Positions 41,106-52,730 of a stretch of DNA of 64,000 bases are shown here, piece by piece. The notes below the pieces were generated by a model that saw nothing but the letters and a program-made list of their open reading frames with translations, was not told the origin of the DNA and did no database searches. Source of the DNA: an uncultured Gemmataceae bacterium (GTDB lineage: Bacteria > Planctomycetota > Planctomycetia > Gemmatales > Gemmataceae); contig CAVVPN010000003.1 of assembly GCA_963750165.1 (NCBI GenBank), positions 1,536,001 to 1,600,000 on the forward strand, given 5' to 3'. The position numbers were made by a program, and so were the translations under genes. Numbering within the stretch: position 1 is the first letter of the stretch; every line of letters starts with the position of its first letter.

Positions 41106-41298
41106 CAGAACCAGCCGGACACCGATTCTTGGCCTTTCCCATCCTTCTTCCCCAGCCGCGCCATTTTGTCGTCACTTTCCTCATGGACATCTAATCATTG
41201 CCGGGTTACCTTTAATGAATTGCCGGGTTCAACGCCGGGACTGACTCCAACCCACGACTCACCTCCTCCCGCCTCGGAAGTGCAGAGGGCGACCGTCT

Positions 41299-43005
41299 AT
41301 GCCGCTGGTGCAACGTCTGGTTCAGAATGGCAAACTTCAGGAGAGCGATGTCGTCTCCCTCGACGAGCAGCGCGCCGCCAACCCTGACAAGCCCGTTCAC
41401 GAACTGCTCATCGAAAAGGGCTATGCCCGCGAGGAAGATGTCCTCACCGCCCTCGCGGAAGAGTTCGGCATGGACCTCGTCGATCTCTCCAAGGTCAGCG
41501 TGGACCCGAACACCTTGAAGGAAATGCCGTTGCGCATGGTCCACCGCCGCGCACTGATGCCGCTGTCGCGCGAGAACGGCACCCTGGTTGTCGCCACCGG
41601 CGACCCCTTCGACGTGTACTCCCTCGACGAACTGGCCACCCTCACGGGGCTGCACATCCATCCCGTGCTCGCCAGCCCGCGCAAGATTCAGCGCCTCATC
41701 AAGATGCACTTCGGCGTCGGTGGCGATACCGTCACCACCATGGCGCAGGAGCGCGAGGAGGAGCAGCTCGAACTCCTAGAGGACATCGAGGCCGACGACA
41801 GCGAGATGGCCAAGCAGGCGCAGGAAGCCTCGGTCGTCAAGCTGGTCAACGAAATCCTCATCGAGGCCGCCAACGAGCGCGCCAGCGACATCCACGTTGA
41901 GGTCGAGGACAAGGGCGCTCTGCGCATCCGCTACCGCGTTGACGGTCTGCTGCAAACGCAGCCGCTGCCGCCGGAGATCAACCGTTTCCAGGCCGCCATC
42001 ATCAGCCGCATCAAGATCATGTCGCGCCTGAACATCGCCGAGAAGCGGTTGCCGCAGGACGGCCGTATCAAGATGCGCGTGCAGAACCGCGAGATCGACG
42101 TCCGCGTTTCCATCATTCCGATGGTTCACGGTGAAGGCATCGTCATGCGTCTGCTCGACAAGGGCCGCATGGTCTTCAACCTCAAGAACGTCGGCATGCT
42201 CGATGACGTGTACACCGTCTTCAAGAAGCTGATCGACAAGCCGCACGGCATCGTCCTGGTCACCGGCCCGACCGGCTCCGGCAAATCGACCACGCTCTAT
42301 TCCGCCCTCAATGAGATCAAGGACGAATACACCAAGATCATCACGGTCGAGGACCCCGTTGAGTATCAGCAGCCGGGCATCAGTCAGATTCAGGTGCATC
42401 ACAAGATCGGCCTGACCTTCGCGGCCAGCCTGCGCAGCATCCTGCGTCACGACCCGGACGTGATCCTCATCGGCGAAATGCGCGATAAGGAGACGGCCGA
42501 CAGCGCCATCCAGGCGTCGCTGACCGGCCACATGGTCTTCAGCACCCTGCACACCAACGACGCGCCCAGCGCCTTCACCCGTATGATCGACATGGGCGTC
42601 GAGCCGTTCCTGGTCGGCAGCACGGTCGAAGGCGTCATGGCCCAGCGCCTGGTGCGCACCATCTGCCCGGAGTGCAAGGTCACCTACGAACACGACCCGC
42701 TCGACCTGCCCAGCGACTTCCCGATGCCGGAAGACGGCTCGCGGCCAGTGCTGTACAAGGGCGCCGGCTGCCGGGCCTGCCGCCAGACCGGCTACCGCGG
42801 CCGTACCGGCATTCACGAACTGATGGTCACCAACGAAGAGATCCGCGACCTGGTGGTGCAGCGCGTCAACGCCGGCCACATCCGCAACGTGGCGTCCAAG
42901 CACGGCATGATTACGCTGCGCAAGGACGGCTGGCGCAAGGTGCTCAAGGGCATGACCACCGTCGATGAGGTCGCCCGTGTCACCGCCGGCGACATTGTTA
43001 TGTAA
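41299..43005 (+). CDS. gspE: type II secretion ATPase GspE/PulE
   Basis: [64 protein letters not shown], CxxC...CxxC. Confidence 0.95.
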   Translation: MPLVQRLVQNGKLQESDVVSLDEQRAANPDKPVHELLIEKGYAREEDVLTALAEEFGMDLVDLSKVSVDPNTLKEMPLRMVHRRALMPLSRENGTLVVATGDPFDVYSLDELATLTGLHIHPVLASPRKIQRLIKMHFGVGGDTVTTMAQEREEEQLELLEDIEADDSEMAKQAQEASVVKLVNEILIEAANERASDIHVEVEDKGALRIRYRVDGLLQTQPLPPEINRFQAAIISRIKIMSRLNIAEKRLPQDGRIKMRVQNREIDVRVSIIPMVHGEGIVMRLLDKGRMVFNLKNVGMLDDVYTVFKKLIDKPHGIVLVTGPTGSGKSTTLYSALNEIKDEYTKIITVEDPVEYQQPGISQIQVHHKIGLTFAASLRSILRHDPDVILIGEMRDKETADSAIQASLTGHMVFSTLHTNDAPSAFTRMIDMGVEPFLVGSTVEGVMAQRLVRTICPECKVTYEHDPLDLPSDFPMPEDGSRPVLYKGAGCRACRQTGYRGRTGIHELMVTNEEIRDLVVQRVNAGHIRNVASKHGMITLRKDGWRKVLKGMTTVDEVARVTAGDIVM

Positions 43006-43075
43006 ACTCGGTTGTCTGCCGCAAGCGGCAGACAAGAAGTCTTCCCGCCCGGACATCGCCTCCAGGACCCCACCC

Positions 43076-44293
43076 ATGCCGGACTTCACCTACGAAGCCA
43101 TCGCCACCAGCGGCCAGCGCAGCCAGGGCACGCTGACCGCCAACAACGAGCGCGACGCCGCCGCCCAGCTCGACGCCCGCGGTCTCTATCCGCTGCGCAT
43201 CCACGCCCCGCGGCAGAGCGGCGCCACCGCCAACCTCCGCACCGGCGGCAAAAAAGTCGGCGCCCGCGTCATGGCCAACTTCTACTCGCAGCTGGCCGAC
43301 CTGCTGCACTCCGGCGTGCCGCTGCTGCGCAGCCTCGACATCCTCGAACGTCAGAGTTCCGCCCCGGCCCTGTCCGCCGTCCTCCGCGACATCCGCACCC
43401 GCGTCGCCGACGGCACCAGCATGGCCGACGCCATGGCGCTGCACCCACGCACCTTTAACGAACTCGCCATCAGCATGATTAAAGCCGGCCAGGAAGGCGG
43501 CTTCATGGAAGACGTGCTCAAGCGCATCGCCGACTTCACCGAACAGCAGGAGGACCTCAAGGGCAAGGTCGTCGGCTCCATGGCCTACCCGGTCTTTCTG
43601 GCCATCGCCGGCACCGCCATCCTGCTCATCCTGGTGATTTTCTTCGTTCCGCAATTCCGGCCCATCTTCGCCAAGCTCGAAGAAAAGGGCGAACTGCCGT
43701 TCGTCACCACCTTGTTGCTCAACTTCAGCGCTTTCCTGATCGGCTACTGGTGGATGATGCTCATTGGGCTCGTCGGCAGTATCATCGGCTTCAAGTCCTG
43801 GGCGGCCTCCGAGAGCGGCCGCTGGGCCATGGACCGCATCCGCCTGCGATTGCCGCAGGCCGGCACCATTTTCCTCAACCTGGCCCTGTCGCGCTTCACG
43901 CGCATCCTGGGTACGCTGATGCACAACGGCATCCCGATTTTGAACGCGCTGCGCATCGCCAAGGACTCGACCGGTAACCGGGTGCTCGCCGAGGCCATCG
44001 ACAAGGCCGCGGACAACGTCACCGGCGGCAAGTCCCTGGCGCAGCCGTTGGCTGCGTGCAAATTCTTCCCGCGCGACGTGGTCGAGATGGTGTCCGTCGG
44101 CGAGGAGAGCAACAGCCTGGAGACGGTGCTGCTCAACATCGCCAACGGCCTGGAAAAACGGACGATGCGGCAACTGGAGCTGTTTGTGCGCTTGTTGGAG
44201 CCGGTCATGCTGCTCGTCATGGCTGGCGTGACGCTGGTGATCGTGACCGGACTGCTGCTGCCGGTGTTCAAGATGAGCAGCACGGTGCAGTAA
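43076..44293 (+). CDS. gspF: type II secretion F family protein
   Basis: MPDFTYEA, QLADLLHSGVPLL.SL, AGQEGG, YP.FL, VGEES..LE, LLEP.M. Confidence 0.93.
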   Translation: MPDFTYEAIATSGQRSQGTLTANNERDAAAQLDARGLYPLRIHAPRQSGATANLRTGGKKVGARVMANFYSQLADLLHSGVPLLRSLDILERQSSAPALSAVLRDIRTRVADGTSMADAMALHPRTFNELAISMIKAGQEGGFMEDVLKRIADFTEQQEDLKGKVVGSMAYPVFLAIAGTAILLILVIFFVPQFRPIFAKLEEKGELPFVTTLLLNFSAFLIGYWWMMLIGLVGSIIGFKSWAASESGRWAMDRIRLRLPQAGTIFLNLALSRFTRILGTLMHNGIPILNALRIAKDSTGNRVLAEAIDKAADNVTGGKSLAQPLAACKFFPRDVVEMVSVGEESNSLETVLLNIANGLEKRTMRQLELFVRLLEPVMLLVMAGVTLVIVTGLLLPVFKMSSTVQ

Positions 44294-44629
44294 ACCAGCG
44301 AGTTCCTGGTCGGAGCCCGAGCGCCAGCGCTGGCGCTCAAGCTCGGACTCACACTGCCGACGTCATGAAAAAAATCGTCGCAAGTTGTGTCCGCTGTCGC
44401 GTTCGGGTGGTGCCGGGTGCCTCTCATAAACGGGAAGGCACGTTCCCGTCATGGATGAAGCAAGTTGTTTGCTATGCTGGCTTTACGCTTAGGAAAAAAT
44501 TTCCAATTTATTAATGGCAGTGGAACTTGAGCAAAGGTAGAAAACATTCATCAGTCTTTAATGGCGTGCCGTGGTAAGATTACCCCATCGAACAGGGAAT
44601 CTCGGCAATTGAGAGGGAGGAACGAGACC

Positions 44630-45055
44630 ATGCTGAAGCGCACGACCACAACGGTTGTGGTGGCCGCACGAGAAACGCGGAGCGGCTTCACCTTGATGGA
44701 AATGCTGGTGGTGGTGGCGATCATCGTCATCCTCGCCGGGGCGGCGACGCCGCTGGTGCTGAACTACCTGGCCCAGGCCCGCATGGACCGGGCCAAACTG
44801 GATATCAAGAAACTTGAGACGGCGGTCGGCGGTTTCTACGCCAAGCACGGTACATACCCGCAGACCCTGCCACAGCTGACCCAGCCGGATATCGACGGCA
44901 ATCCGCCCGTCCTGGGTATGCAGGATCTCCTGGACCCCTGGGGCAACCAGTACCAGTATAACCCTCAGCAGTTTACCAGCCGCGGCGTCCCGATGATCTC
45001 GTCCGGCGGCCCCAACGGGCAATCCCAGAATTTGAACAACAACAATATCAAATAG
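44630..45055 (+). CDS. gspG: major pseudopilin
   Basis: RSG|FTLMEMLVVVAII, G.YP..L..L, DPWGN.YQY, I.S.GP.G; GGAGG RBS. Confidence 0.9.
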   Translation: MLKRTTTTVVVAARETRSGFTLMEMLVVVAIIVILAGAATPLVLNYLAQARMDRAKLDIKKLETAVGGFYAKHGTYPQTLPQLTQPDIDGNPPVLGMQDLLDPWGNQYQYNPQQFTSRGVPMISSGGPNGQSQNLNNNNIK

Positions 45056-45107
45056 GGATCGTCGCCACGCCGTCCTTCCCGCCTGCCAAGGAACGAACCA
45101 GGAGAAT

Positions 45108-45605
45108 ATGGTGCGCACGCAACGCAAAGGAGCCTCGCTGTTCGAGATCATCGTGGTGATGGCCATCCTGGTCATCGCCGCGGGGCTCGCCGTGCCCTCT
45201 CTGAAATCCATGATGGGCAACACGCCCATGAAGGCGGCCGCGGATCAGGTCAAGTCGCGCTGGGCGGAGGCGCGGGCCAAGGCCATCGAGGAGGGCAAGC
45301 CCTATCGCTTCCAGATCAAGGACAGCACCAGTTACCGCATCGCCCCCGATGACGACTTCGACAGCTCCAGCGGTCTGGACGACACGCTGCCCAAGGACGT
45401 GACCTTCGGCAGCACCAGCAACACTGGCAACAACACTGGCAACAGCAACGGCAACAACACCAGCAGCACGAACGCCGACGGCAACGTCAGCATCATTTTC
45501 CTGCCGGACGGCACGACCACCTCGGACGTGGAACTGGGCCTGAAGGGCCAGGGCTATGCGCCCGTAACGCTGAAACTGAACAAGACCACCGGCGCCTCCC
45601 GCTGA
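45108..45605 (+). CDS. minor pseudopilin (GspH/FimT-like)
   Basis: RKG|ASLFEIIVVMAIL, ARAKAIEEGKPYRF, IIFLPDGT. Confidence 0.8.
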   Translation: MVRTQRKGASLFEIIVVMAILVIAAGLAVPSLKSMMGNTPMKAAADQVKSRWAEARAKAIEEGKPYRFQIKDSTSYRIAPDDDFDSSSGLDDTLPKDVTFGSTSNTGNNTGNSNGNNTSSTNADGNVSIIFLPDGTTTSDVELGLKGQGYAPVTLKLNKTTGASR

Positions 45606-45632
45606 CGCTGGTGGCCGCCTGCGGGAAGGAAG

Positions 45633-46136
45633 ATGGCCATGCTCGCTCGCACTCGTCAGGGCTCGCCACGGCAGGCCCGGCGCTCCGGTCTGACACTCCT
45701 GGAAGTGCTGGTGTCCCTGGCCATCTTCCTGCTGTCCCTGGTGGCTCTCTCCCGCCTCATGGGCATGGGCACCGACTTTGCCCGCGACTCGCAGCAGCAG
45801 ACTGAATGCCTGCGCCTGGCCCAGTCCAAGTTGAACGAGGTCATGGCCGGCGTCATCAGCTGCAGCAGCGGCGGCAGTTCCGGCAGCTTCGACGAGAACC
45901 CCGACTTTCAGTACACGGTGGACATCGAGCCGAACGCCGATTTCTCTTCCTCTTCCAACCTGTACGACATCACCGTGACCGCGTTCCGCCAGCGGCCCGA
46001 CGGCACGAAAATGTCCGTCACCGTCAACCACACGCTCTTCGACCCCAGCCTGCGCGGCACCACCGTCAACACCAGTTCGTCCTCGTCGTCCTCGTCCTCG
46101 TCCTCATCCTCAACCACCAGCGGAGCCGGCCAGTGA
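45633..46136 (+). CDS. minor pseudopilin (GspI-like) with poly-Ser tail
   Basis: RSG|LTLLEVLVSLAIF, LAQSKLNEV.AG. Confidence 0.8.
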   Translation: MAMLARTRQGSPRQARRSGLTLLEVLVSLAIFLLSLVALSRLMGMGTDFARDSQQQTECLRLAQSKLNEVMAGVISCSSGGSSGSFDENPDFQYTVDIEPNADFSSSSNLYDITVTAFRQRPDGTKMSVTVNHTLFDPSLRGTTVNTSSSSSSSSSSSSSTTSGAGQ

Positions 46137-47117
46137 TGACACACCCCCCCGCCGGCGCGCGGCGCGCGCGCCGCGTTTACACTGCTGGAAGTGATCCTGG
46201 CGCTGAGCATTTCGCTGCTCCTGCTGGGGGCGCTGTACGTCGCCCTGCAGATCCTCATGTCCAGCACGGACACTGGCCGCAGTCTGGTGACCGAGGCCAA
46301 CGTGTCGCGCGGCGTTTTTAACAAAATCACCAGCGACATCAACTCCAACCTGACGCCGCTCGACCCGCGCTTCAACAACGCCATCAACCTGCCCGACGGC
46401 ACCAACACGCCCATCGGCGCCGCCGCGGCCGCCGCCAACAGCAGCAGCAGCGGCACGACCAGTTCGGGCACCTCGGGCACCACGAGCGGCAGCGGTTCCG
46501 GTTCGGGCACCGGCGGTGGTTCCAGTTCGGGCACCGGCGGTGGTAGCGGCAGCAGTAGCGGCAGCAGCAACACGACGCCGCCCGCGCCCGCCGGCACGCC
46601 GGTGACCTTCAACCTCATGGTCCAGGGCGATTCCAGCTGCTTGACGCTGTATCTCGTCACGGTGCCGCGGGCGCCGTTGGACGCCCTCAAGGCCACCGCT
46701 GCTGCCGACGGGACGGACATGCCGTTGCCCGTGGCCGACCTGCGGCGCATCAGTTACTGCCTGATCGATGGCAAGGGCCTCGCTCGCCAGGAAATCAAGA
46801 TGGTGACGGATGTCAACTCGGTGGCCACCCTGCCGCCGAGCCTCTCCACCGACGACCCCGGCACCACAATCGTGGGCGAGGGCGTCACGTCCGTGCAGTT
46901 TCAATACTGGGACGGCATGGAATGGCAGGACAGCTGGGACGGCACCATGCTGAGTTCGATTGACATGGTGACGCCGCAGGGGCCGCCGATGGCCATTGCC
47001 GTCACCATCACCATGAAGCGCCCCGGCAACATGGGCGACCGTACTTACAAGCACGTCGTCGCCATCCCAACCGCCAACAACGGGATCGCCTCGGCCACCA
47101 CCACCAGCGGCTCCTAA
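46136..47117 (+). CDS. minor pseudopilin (GspJ-like); +1 frameshift in the C7 run 46144-46150
   Basis: Removing one C gives MTHPPPARGARAA|FTLLEVILAL from an ATG overlapping the previous TGA; FQYWDG.EW.DSWD...P.AI.VTI motif. Confidence 0.8.
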
Positions 47118-47130
47118 CCCGGGCAAAGCC

Positions 47131-48963
47131 ATGCTGCACCAACCGACTTCCCGTGCGACCGGCCACGACCGGCGGGCCTTCGTCATCCTGATGGTTCTCA
47201 TCGTCGTGGTCGTGCTGTCACTGGCCGCCTACCACTACGTCGATCTGACGCTGTCGGAATCCAAGGTGTCCGAGAAGACAGTGAAGCTGGCGCAGGCGCG
47301 GCTGGCCGCTGACGCCGCCGTCAACTGGGCGATGGCCGCCCTGGCGACGCCGACCGCGATCAGCGGTGATCCGCTCAACGGGGTGGTCTTCAGCAACCAG
47401 GCCGTGCTGCAGGGCAAGACCCTGGGCACCAGTTCGCAGGTCGTCTGGAGCATTATCACGCCCGCTTACCAGGACGACGGCGGCATCAGCCAGACCGGAG
47501 CCAGCACCGGCGTCGGTTCAGGCACCAACGGCAACTTCCGCTTTGGCTTCGGCGACGAGGGGGCCAAGATCAACCTCAACGGCGTCATGAAGCAGGATCC
47601 GACGGGCGTGACGCTGTACAACATGCTGATGCTGCTGCCCAACATGACCGACCCCATCGCCGCGTCCATCTGCGTCTGGCTGGGCGGCACGGACGACCCC
47701 AACAACCCCAACTACCCCGTACTGGTCAACGGGGCCACGGACGCTTATTACACCTCGCTCAACCCGTCCTACCAGGGCAAATACGGCCCCATCGACAGCC
47801 TGGAGGAATTGCTGCTGGTCCAGGGCGTGACGCCGCAACTGCTGTTCGGCAACGACCGCAACCGCAACGGCACCCTCGAACCGGACGAGGATCAGGGCAT
47901 TTACGGCTACCCGAGCATGGGCTGGTCGCTGTACCTGACGGTGTACACCCGTGACCGCAACGTGGACTACATGGGCAACCCGCGGGTTAACCTCAACGAC
48001 CCCAGCGTCACCGACGCGCCGACGTTGCTGCAAAACTTGACGACGGCCGGCGTGGACGAGAACCTGGCGGCGTTCATCGTGCTGTACCGCATGTTAGGGG
48101 CGTCATCGGCGCCGCCGGCCACGTCGTCCACGCCGGCCCCGACCACCAGCGGTTCCGGCGGCAAGGGGGGGACCAGCAAGAACACCAAGCCCGCGCCGGT
48201 GACGGGAACCGTGTCGGCTGGCGTGGTCGATCAGGCCGTCAGCGCTGCCGCCGCCAAAAGCAGCAGCAGTAGCAGCAGTAGCAGCAGCAGCAGCAGCGGC
48301 ACGACCAGCGCCTTCAAAGCGACGGTTTCGTCGCCGTACGATCTGATTGGCACGTGGGTAATGATCGCGGGCGCAACGCCCCAGGATCCGGACACGTATT
48401 ACCCCTGCCCGCTCAACGACTCGACGCAGCTGCCGACGCTGCTGCCGACGCTGCTGGATGAGACAACGACTTCCGCATCGACGGAGTTTTTCGGGCGCAT
48501 CAACATTAACACCGCGTCGCCGGCGGTGCTGGCGACGCTGCCAGCGGTGCTACCGGGCTATTCCGCGAGCAACAGTTCGTCCTCGAGCGGCAGCACGTCC
48601 TCGAGCGGCAGCTCGACCCCGAACCCGGCCCAGACGCTGACCAGCGACCAGATCACGGCGATCGTCAACGCCCAACCGCAGATGAACTCGGGCCAGCCGC
48701 TGGACCCGATGTACAACTCGCCAGCCTGGCTGATCTCGCAAGCCAATCTGCCGGTGGCGCTGGTCAAGAACCTGGACAAGTACATCACCACACGCTCGGA
48801 CGTGTATCGGATGCAGGCGCTCGGCTACTTCGGCGACGGCAGCAGCGGCCCGGTGGCGCGGATCGAGGCCGTCATCGACGCCAACGGCGGTCAGCCGCGC
48901 CTCCTGTACCGCCGTGACCTCACGGAACTGGGCAAGGGCTTTGACCTGCCGCCGTCGCAGTGA
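47131..48963 (+). CDS. gspK: minor pseudopilin GspK-like
   Basis: RRA|FVILMVL (no E5), DEGAKINLN, SLEELLLVQGVTP.LLFGNDRNRNG, GRININTA, TTRSDVY. Confidence 0.85.
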   Translation: MLHQPTSRATGHDRRAFVILMVLIVVVVLSLAAYHYVDLTLSESKVSEKTVKLAQARLAADAAVNWAMAALATPTAISGDPLNGVVFSNQAVLQGKTLGTSSQVVWSIITPAYQDDGGISQTGASTGVGSGTNGNFRFGFGDEGAKINLNGVMKQDPTGVTLYNMLMLLPNMTDPIAASICVWLGGTDDPNNPNYPVLVNGATDAYYTSLNPSYQGKYGPIDSLEELLLVQGVTPQLLFGNDRNRNGTLEPDEDQGIYGYPSMGWSLYLTVYTRDRNVDYMGNPRVNLNDPSVTDAPTLLQNLTTAGVDENLAAFIVLYRMLGASSAPPATSSTPAPTTSGSGGKGGTSKNTKPAPVTGTVSAGVVDQAVSAAAAKSSSSSSSSSSSSSGTTSAFKATVSSPYDLIGTWVMIAGATPQDPDTYYPCPLNDSTQLPTLLPTLLDETTTSASTEFFGRININTASPAVLATLPAVLPGYSASNSSSSSGSTSSSGSSTPNPAQTLTSDQITAIVNAQPQMNSGQPLDPMYNSPAWLISQANLPVALVKNLDKYITTRSDVYRMQALGYFGDGSSGPVARIEAVIDANGGQPRLLYRRDLTELGKGFDLPPSQ

Positions 48964-49081
48964 GCTGGCAGTCAGGGTCAGAAGTCAGAACTCAGAAGTC
49001 AGCAAGCAGGCTCGTACCTCATGCGTGTGCGCGTCCCCGACTTCCTCGCAACGGCCAACTAACATCAGGGAGACTTGCTTC

Positions 49082-50721
49082 GTGTCACGTTTTCTCGGCA
49101 TCGACTGGGACCAACACCAGTTGCACATACTCCAGGGCGGCGGTCGCGGCAGCGCTTGCCTCGAACGCGCGGCGCTGTCGCTGGACGGCGTCACCTTCAC
49201 CCCCGCGAACGCGGAGGCCGCCGGCAAGCTGCTCCGCCAGCGCCTCAAGGAGGCCGGCTTCGAGGCCGCGCCCGTGCTGGCCACCGTCAGCCGGGATCGG
49301 GTCGTTCTCAAGGAAGTCCGCATCCCGCCAGTCGCCGAGAACGAGGAACCGGCCCTCGTCCGCTTCCAGGCCGCCAAGGAACTTACCGAGGCGGACAACG
49401 TGGTCATTGACTACTGCTCCCGCCCCGGCAACGGCGACCGCCGCGCCTTCGTGGTGGCGCTCCGCAAGGATGTGGTCAATTTCTTCCAGTTAATGTGCAA
49501 GGCAGCTGGCCTGAAACTGCTGACGTTGACGCCGCGCGCCTTCGGCACCGCCATCGCTGTGCAGCACAGCCCCGTCAAGCCCGGCGCCGATTCGCCGGTG
49601 GCGGTCGTCTCGCTGGCGCCGCACTGGGCCGAGTTCTTCATCCTCCGCGGCGAACAGATCGTGTTCTCGCGGCCGTTGATGCCCGGCGCCGGCCTGCCCG
49701 GTGAGGTGCGCCGCAACCTGGCCGCCTTCGCCAATCAGGGGCCGCGCCAGAACGGCGCGGATCAGGTGCAGGGCCTGTACCTGGCCGGCAGCGAGGAGCA
49801 CCCCGACCTGCAACTGCAGCTGGAGCAGTCGCTCGGCCTGCCGGTCTATCCGCTGGATCCGTTCGCGGGCCAGGACAAGCTGCATTTCGCCGGCGGACCG
49901 CGCGGCGGCTTCACACCGCTGGCCGGCCTGTTGCTTGGCTGGTCCGCCCGCCAGCGCTGTGCCATCAACCTCGTCAAACCGCGCGAGCCCACCACCGCCG
50001 CTGACCCCAACCGCCGCAAGAAGGTGCTGGCGGCCCTGCTGGGTGTCGCCGCTTTGTTCCTGCTCGGCTCGCTGGCCCTCGCCTTCCAGGCGGGCGAGGC
50101 CCACAGGGAAGAGGAATTGCGGGATGTCGTCGGCAATCTCGACAACGAACTTCGCAAGCTGGACCCCGAGGCCAAACAGATCGAGGCCCTGAAAAACTGG
50201 ATGGGCAACTCCGTGTCGGTGATCGACGAACTGTACGACCTGACCGCCCTGTTCCCGCACAAGAAGGGGCTGCACCTCAAGGAAATCTCGTTCGCGTTAC
50301 GGGACGCGAAGGCCGCCGGAGGACCGGGCAAGGCGCCGCCACCAGCGCCGCCGCCGCCCGGAGCCAGGGACAGGAACGCGGTCCGGGAGAAGTATCACGC
50401 CGTCATGATTATCACTGGTGAGGTGCCCACCGGCGACGACCGCCTGGTGGAAAAGCTCAAGGACGACCTCAAGGAACGCGGCCGGCGGGCCAGAATCCTG
50501 TACCTGCCCGGCGCCAGCAAGAAGAACGCCAAGGAGTTCGCGCTGGAGATCGACCTGGGCCGAGCGCCCAGCGCCCCTACTCGCTGAAGCTGGTAGTGCC
50601 GCCGCCGATCTTTGATCGCAACGCCACGCCAGTGCCGCCGCCGAACCAGCAACTGCCGGCGACGGAGCAGTTGCAGCCGCCCGTCCGGGTGGAAGCGAAG
50701 GACGAGGAGGGCCAGCCATGA
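49082..50721 (+). CDS. GspL/PilM-like actin-fold assembly protein; probable frameshift at CCCC ~50574
   Basis: FLGIDWD, IPPV.E.E.P.LVRFQAAKEL, TM segment. As written it stops at 50587; the shifted frame continues to a TGA at 50721 overlapping the next ATG. Confidence 0.75.
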
Positions 50722-52403
50722 ACCCCAACGAACGTCGCAAGGCGATCCTGCTCGGCGCCCTGATCGCCACGATTCTTGTGGTCGGCGGTGGCTACTTGTT
50801 TGTGTGGCTGCCCTACCAGGAGACGCAGGCAAACATCGAACGGCTGGAGCAGGATCGGCTCGCCAAGCAGACGAAGCTCGCCCTGCTGAAGAAGGAGCAG
50901 AAGAAGCTGGAGCGCTGGCGGTTGTACAGCCTGCCGGGCGAGGTGGCCGCTCCGGTCAGGCAGCAACCCGGCCACCCGGTCGGGCCGGTCGGCAAGGACG
51001 ATCAGTATTTCTACCTGGAAGGCGAATACCTCAAATACCTGGATCACTCGCTGCTCAGGTACGACATCAGCCATGACTACCCGTCGCGCGACAAAAAGGC
51101 CGAGCCCCGGGCGGCCGGGCCGCAGGCGGCGCAGGTGCCGCCGTTCACGGCACTGACCTTCGATGTCAAGATTCAGAAGACCCGGCTGGGGAACCTGGTC
51201 AACTGGATGAACGACTTCCAGCGGACGCCGCTGCTGCAGCGCATCAAGAAGGTGACGATCAAGGTGCCGCCGGGCGCCAAGGATCCCGGCCTGCTCGACG
51301 CGGACCTCGTCGTCGAGGCGCTGATTGTGCAGGGGGCGTCGGCCAAACACGGCAAGACGCTGCTGGGCGTCGATGAGCGGCTGGTGGCGCTGAACACCTT
51401 TATCACGCTGCGCCGCGGCCCGGCCGGGCTGGCGCTGCTGCCGTACCTGGTCGGCCCCACCGGCCCCCGGGCGACGCCGCCGCTGCAGGACCAGCCGCCC
51501 GCGCGCGATTACCTGGCCCTGGCCAAGAAGGACATCTTCACCGGGCCGATTCCCGTTCGTCCGCCGAGGCCGCCGCAGCCGCCCACGGAAGAATATAAAC
51601 CGCCGCCGCCGCCGCAGTACACGGAGAACGTGGTCGCGTTCATGCGGCTGACGGACATCTCCGGGCCGGAGGCCGGGCCGCTGGAGGCGAATCTGTTTGA
51701 TCCGTCGCGCAAGGTCGCCATCCGCCTGCGGCAGCAGCGCGGCTACGACCGCTTTCCGCTGCTGGTCAATTACAAGAACGGCCCCGTCATCCTGGCTCAG
51801 CTGGCGTCCTTCGAGGGCACGCGCAGCCTGATCTTCCGCGCTGAACTGGCGGCGGTCGAGCCCTCGCCGAAATCGAGCAAGCCTTACGCCGAAACTCACG
51901 CCATTTACAAGTTGACCAAGACCGACCTGGCCGAACTGGTGGACGCCAAAAAGATCCAGTCCAAGGACATCGACCGCGTCTATCGGCTGCACACGTCGTA
52001 CTGGAACGAACTGGTGCGCGACCAGGTGCTGACGCTGGGCGGCAAGGGCGGCGGCGGGAACTTTGGCGGCGGCGGGAACTTTGGCGGCTTCCCCAAGGGG
52101 GGTGGCAAGGGCAAGGGCAAAGGTAAGGGCAGCGCGGCGCCCAAGGCCGGCAGCGAGTACGTCTCCAAGCTGGGCCTGGTGCGCGGCAAGGTGCTCACGG
52201 CGGACAGCACGCATGTGGTGTTCCTGCTCGACGAGCGCTACTGCACCACGACGGACGCGAAGGGCAATGCGGTGCGGCACTACGGCTTCTTCCGCCTGTC
52301 CGGCAAGGTGGGCGACGCCCTGCACCATCCGGTCGTGGAGGAACGGGTTGCGCGCGAGCTGCTGACCGCGCTGCGCGCACCGGACGAGGATGACGAGCCG
52401 TGA
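50718..52403 (+). CDS. GspM/PilO-like membrane-anchored protein
   Basis: MNPNERR + TM + coiled coil, F.RTPLLQRIK, L.VEAL; position in the operon. Confidence 0.65.
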   Translation: MNPNERRKAILLGALIATILVVGGGYLFVWLPYQETQANIERLEQDRLAKQTKLALLKKEQKKLERWRLYSLPGEVAAPVRQQPGHPVGPVGKDDQYFYLEGEYLKYLDHSLLRYDISHDYPSRDKKAEPRAAGPQAAQVPPFTALTFDVKIQKTRLGNLVNWMNDFQRTPLLQRIKKVTIKVPPGAKDPGLLDADLVVEALIVQGASAKHGKTLLGVDERLVALNTFITLRRGPAGLALLPYLVGPTGPRATPPLQDQPPARDYLALAKKDIFTGPIPVRPPRPPQPPTEEYKPPPPPQYTENVVAFMRLTDISGPEAGPLEANLFDPSRKVAIRLRQQRGYDRFPLLVNYKNGPVILAQLASFEGTRSLIFRAELAAVEPSPKSSKPYAETHAIYKLTKTDLAELVDAKKIQSKDIDRVYRLHTSYWNELVRDQVLTLGGKGGGGNFGGGGNFGGFPKGGGKGKGKGKGSAAPKAGSEYVSKLGLVRGKVLTADSTHVVFLLDERYCTTTDAKGNAVRHYGFFRLSGKVGDALHHPVVEERVARELLTALRAPDEDDEP

Positions 52404-52730
52404 GACTGAGCGCCAAAAATAATTGCCCTTCCCTTTTCCTGCGCTCCGGCGTATAGGCCCTCCACGACACATTGCCAACCGAGGGGGCCACAGGTTCATG
52501 GAGGTGGCAGCCCGTCCGCGCCCGGGGAAGCGCGGAGCCTGCGTCCGAACCGCGGCCGGGAAATCTCGCTCAATAACATGGGCGGACCCTGCCGATGGTA
52601 ACGATAATACGGAAGCAGCAGATTTTGCTGTCGCAGGCAGGAGTGATTGGCTATCATGAACAATTGGTTTGGTTGGCATAACGTCGGTAATCAGGGGTGC
52701 CGTTCTTTGGGGACCCGACAGGGGAATACC

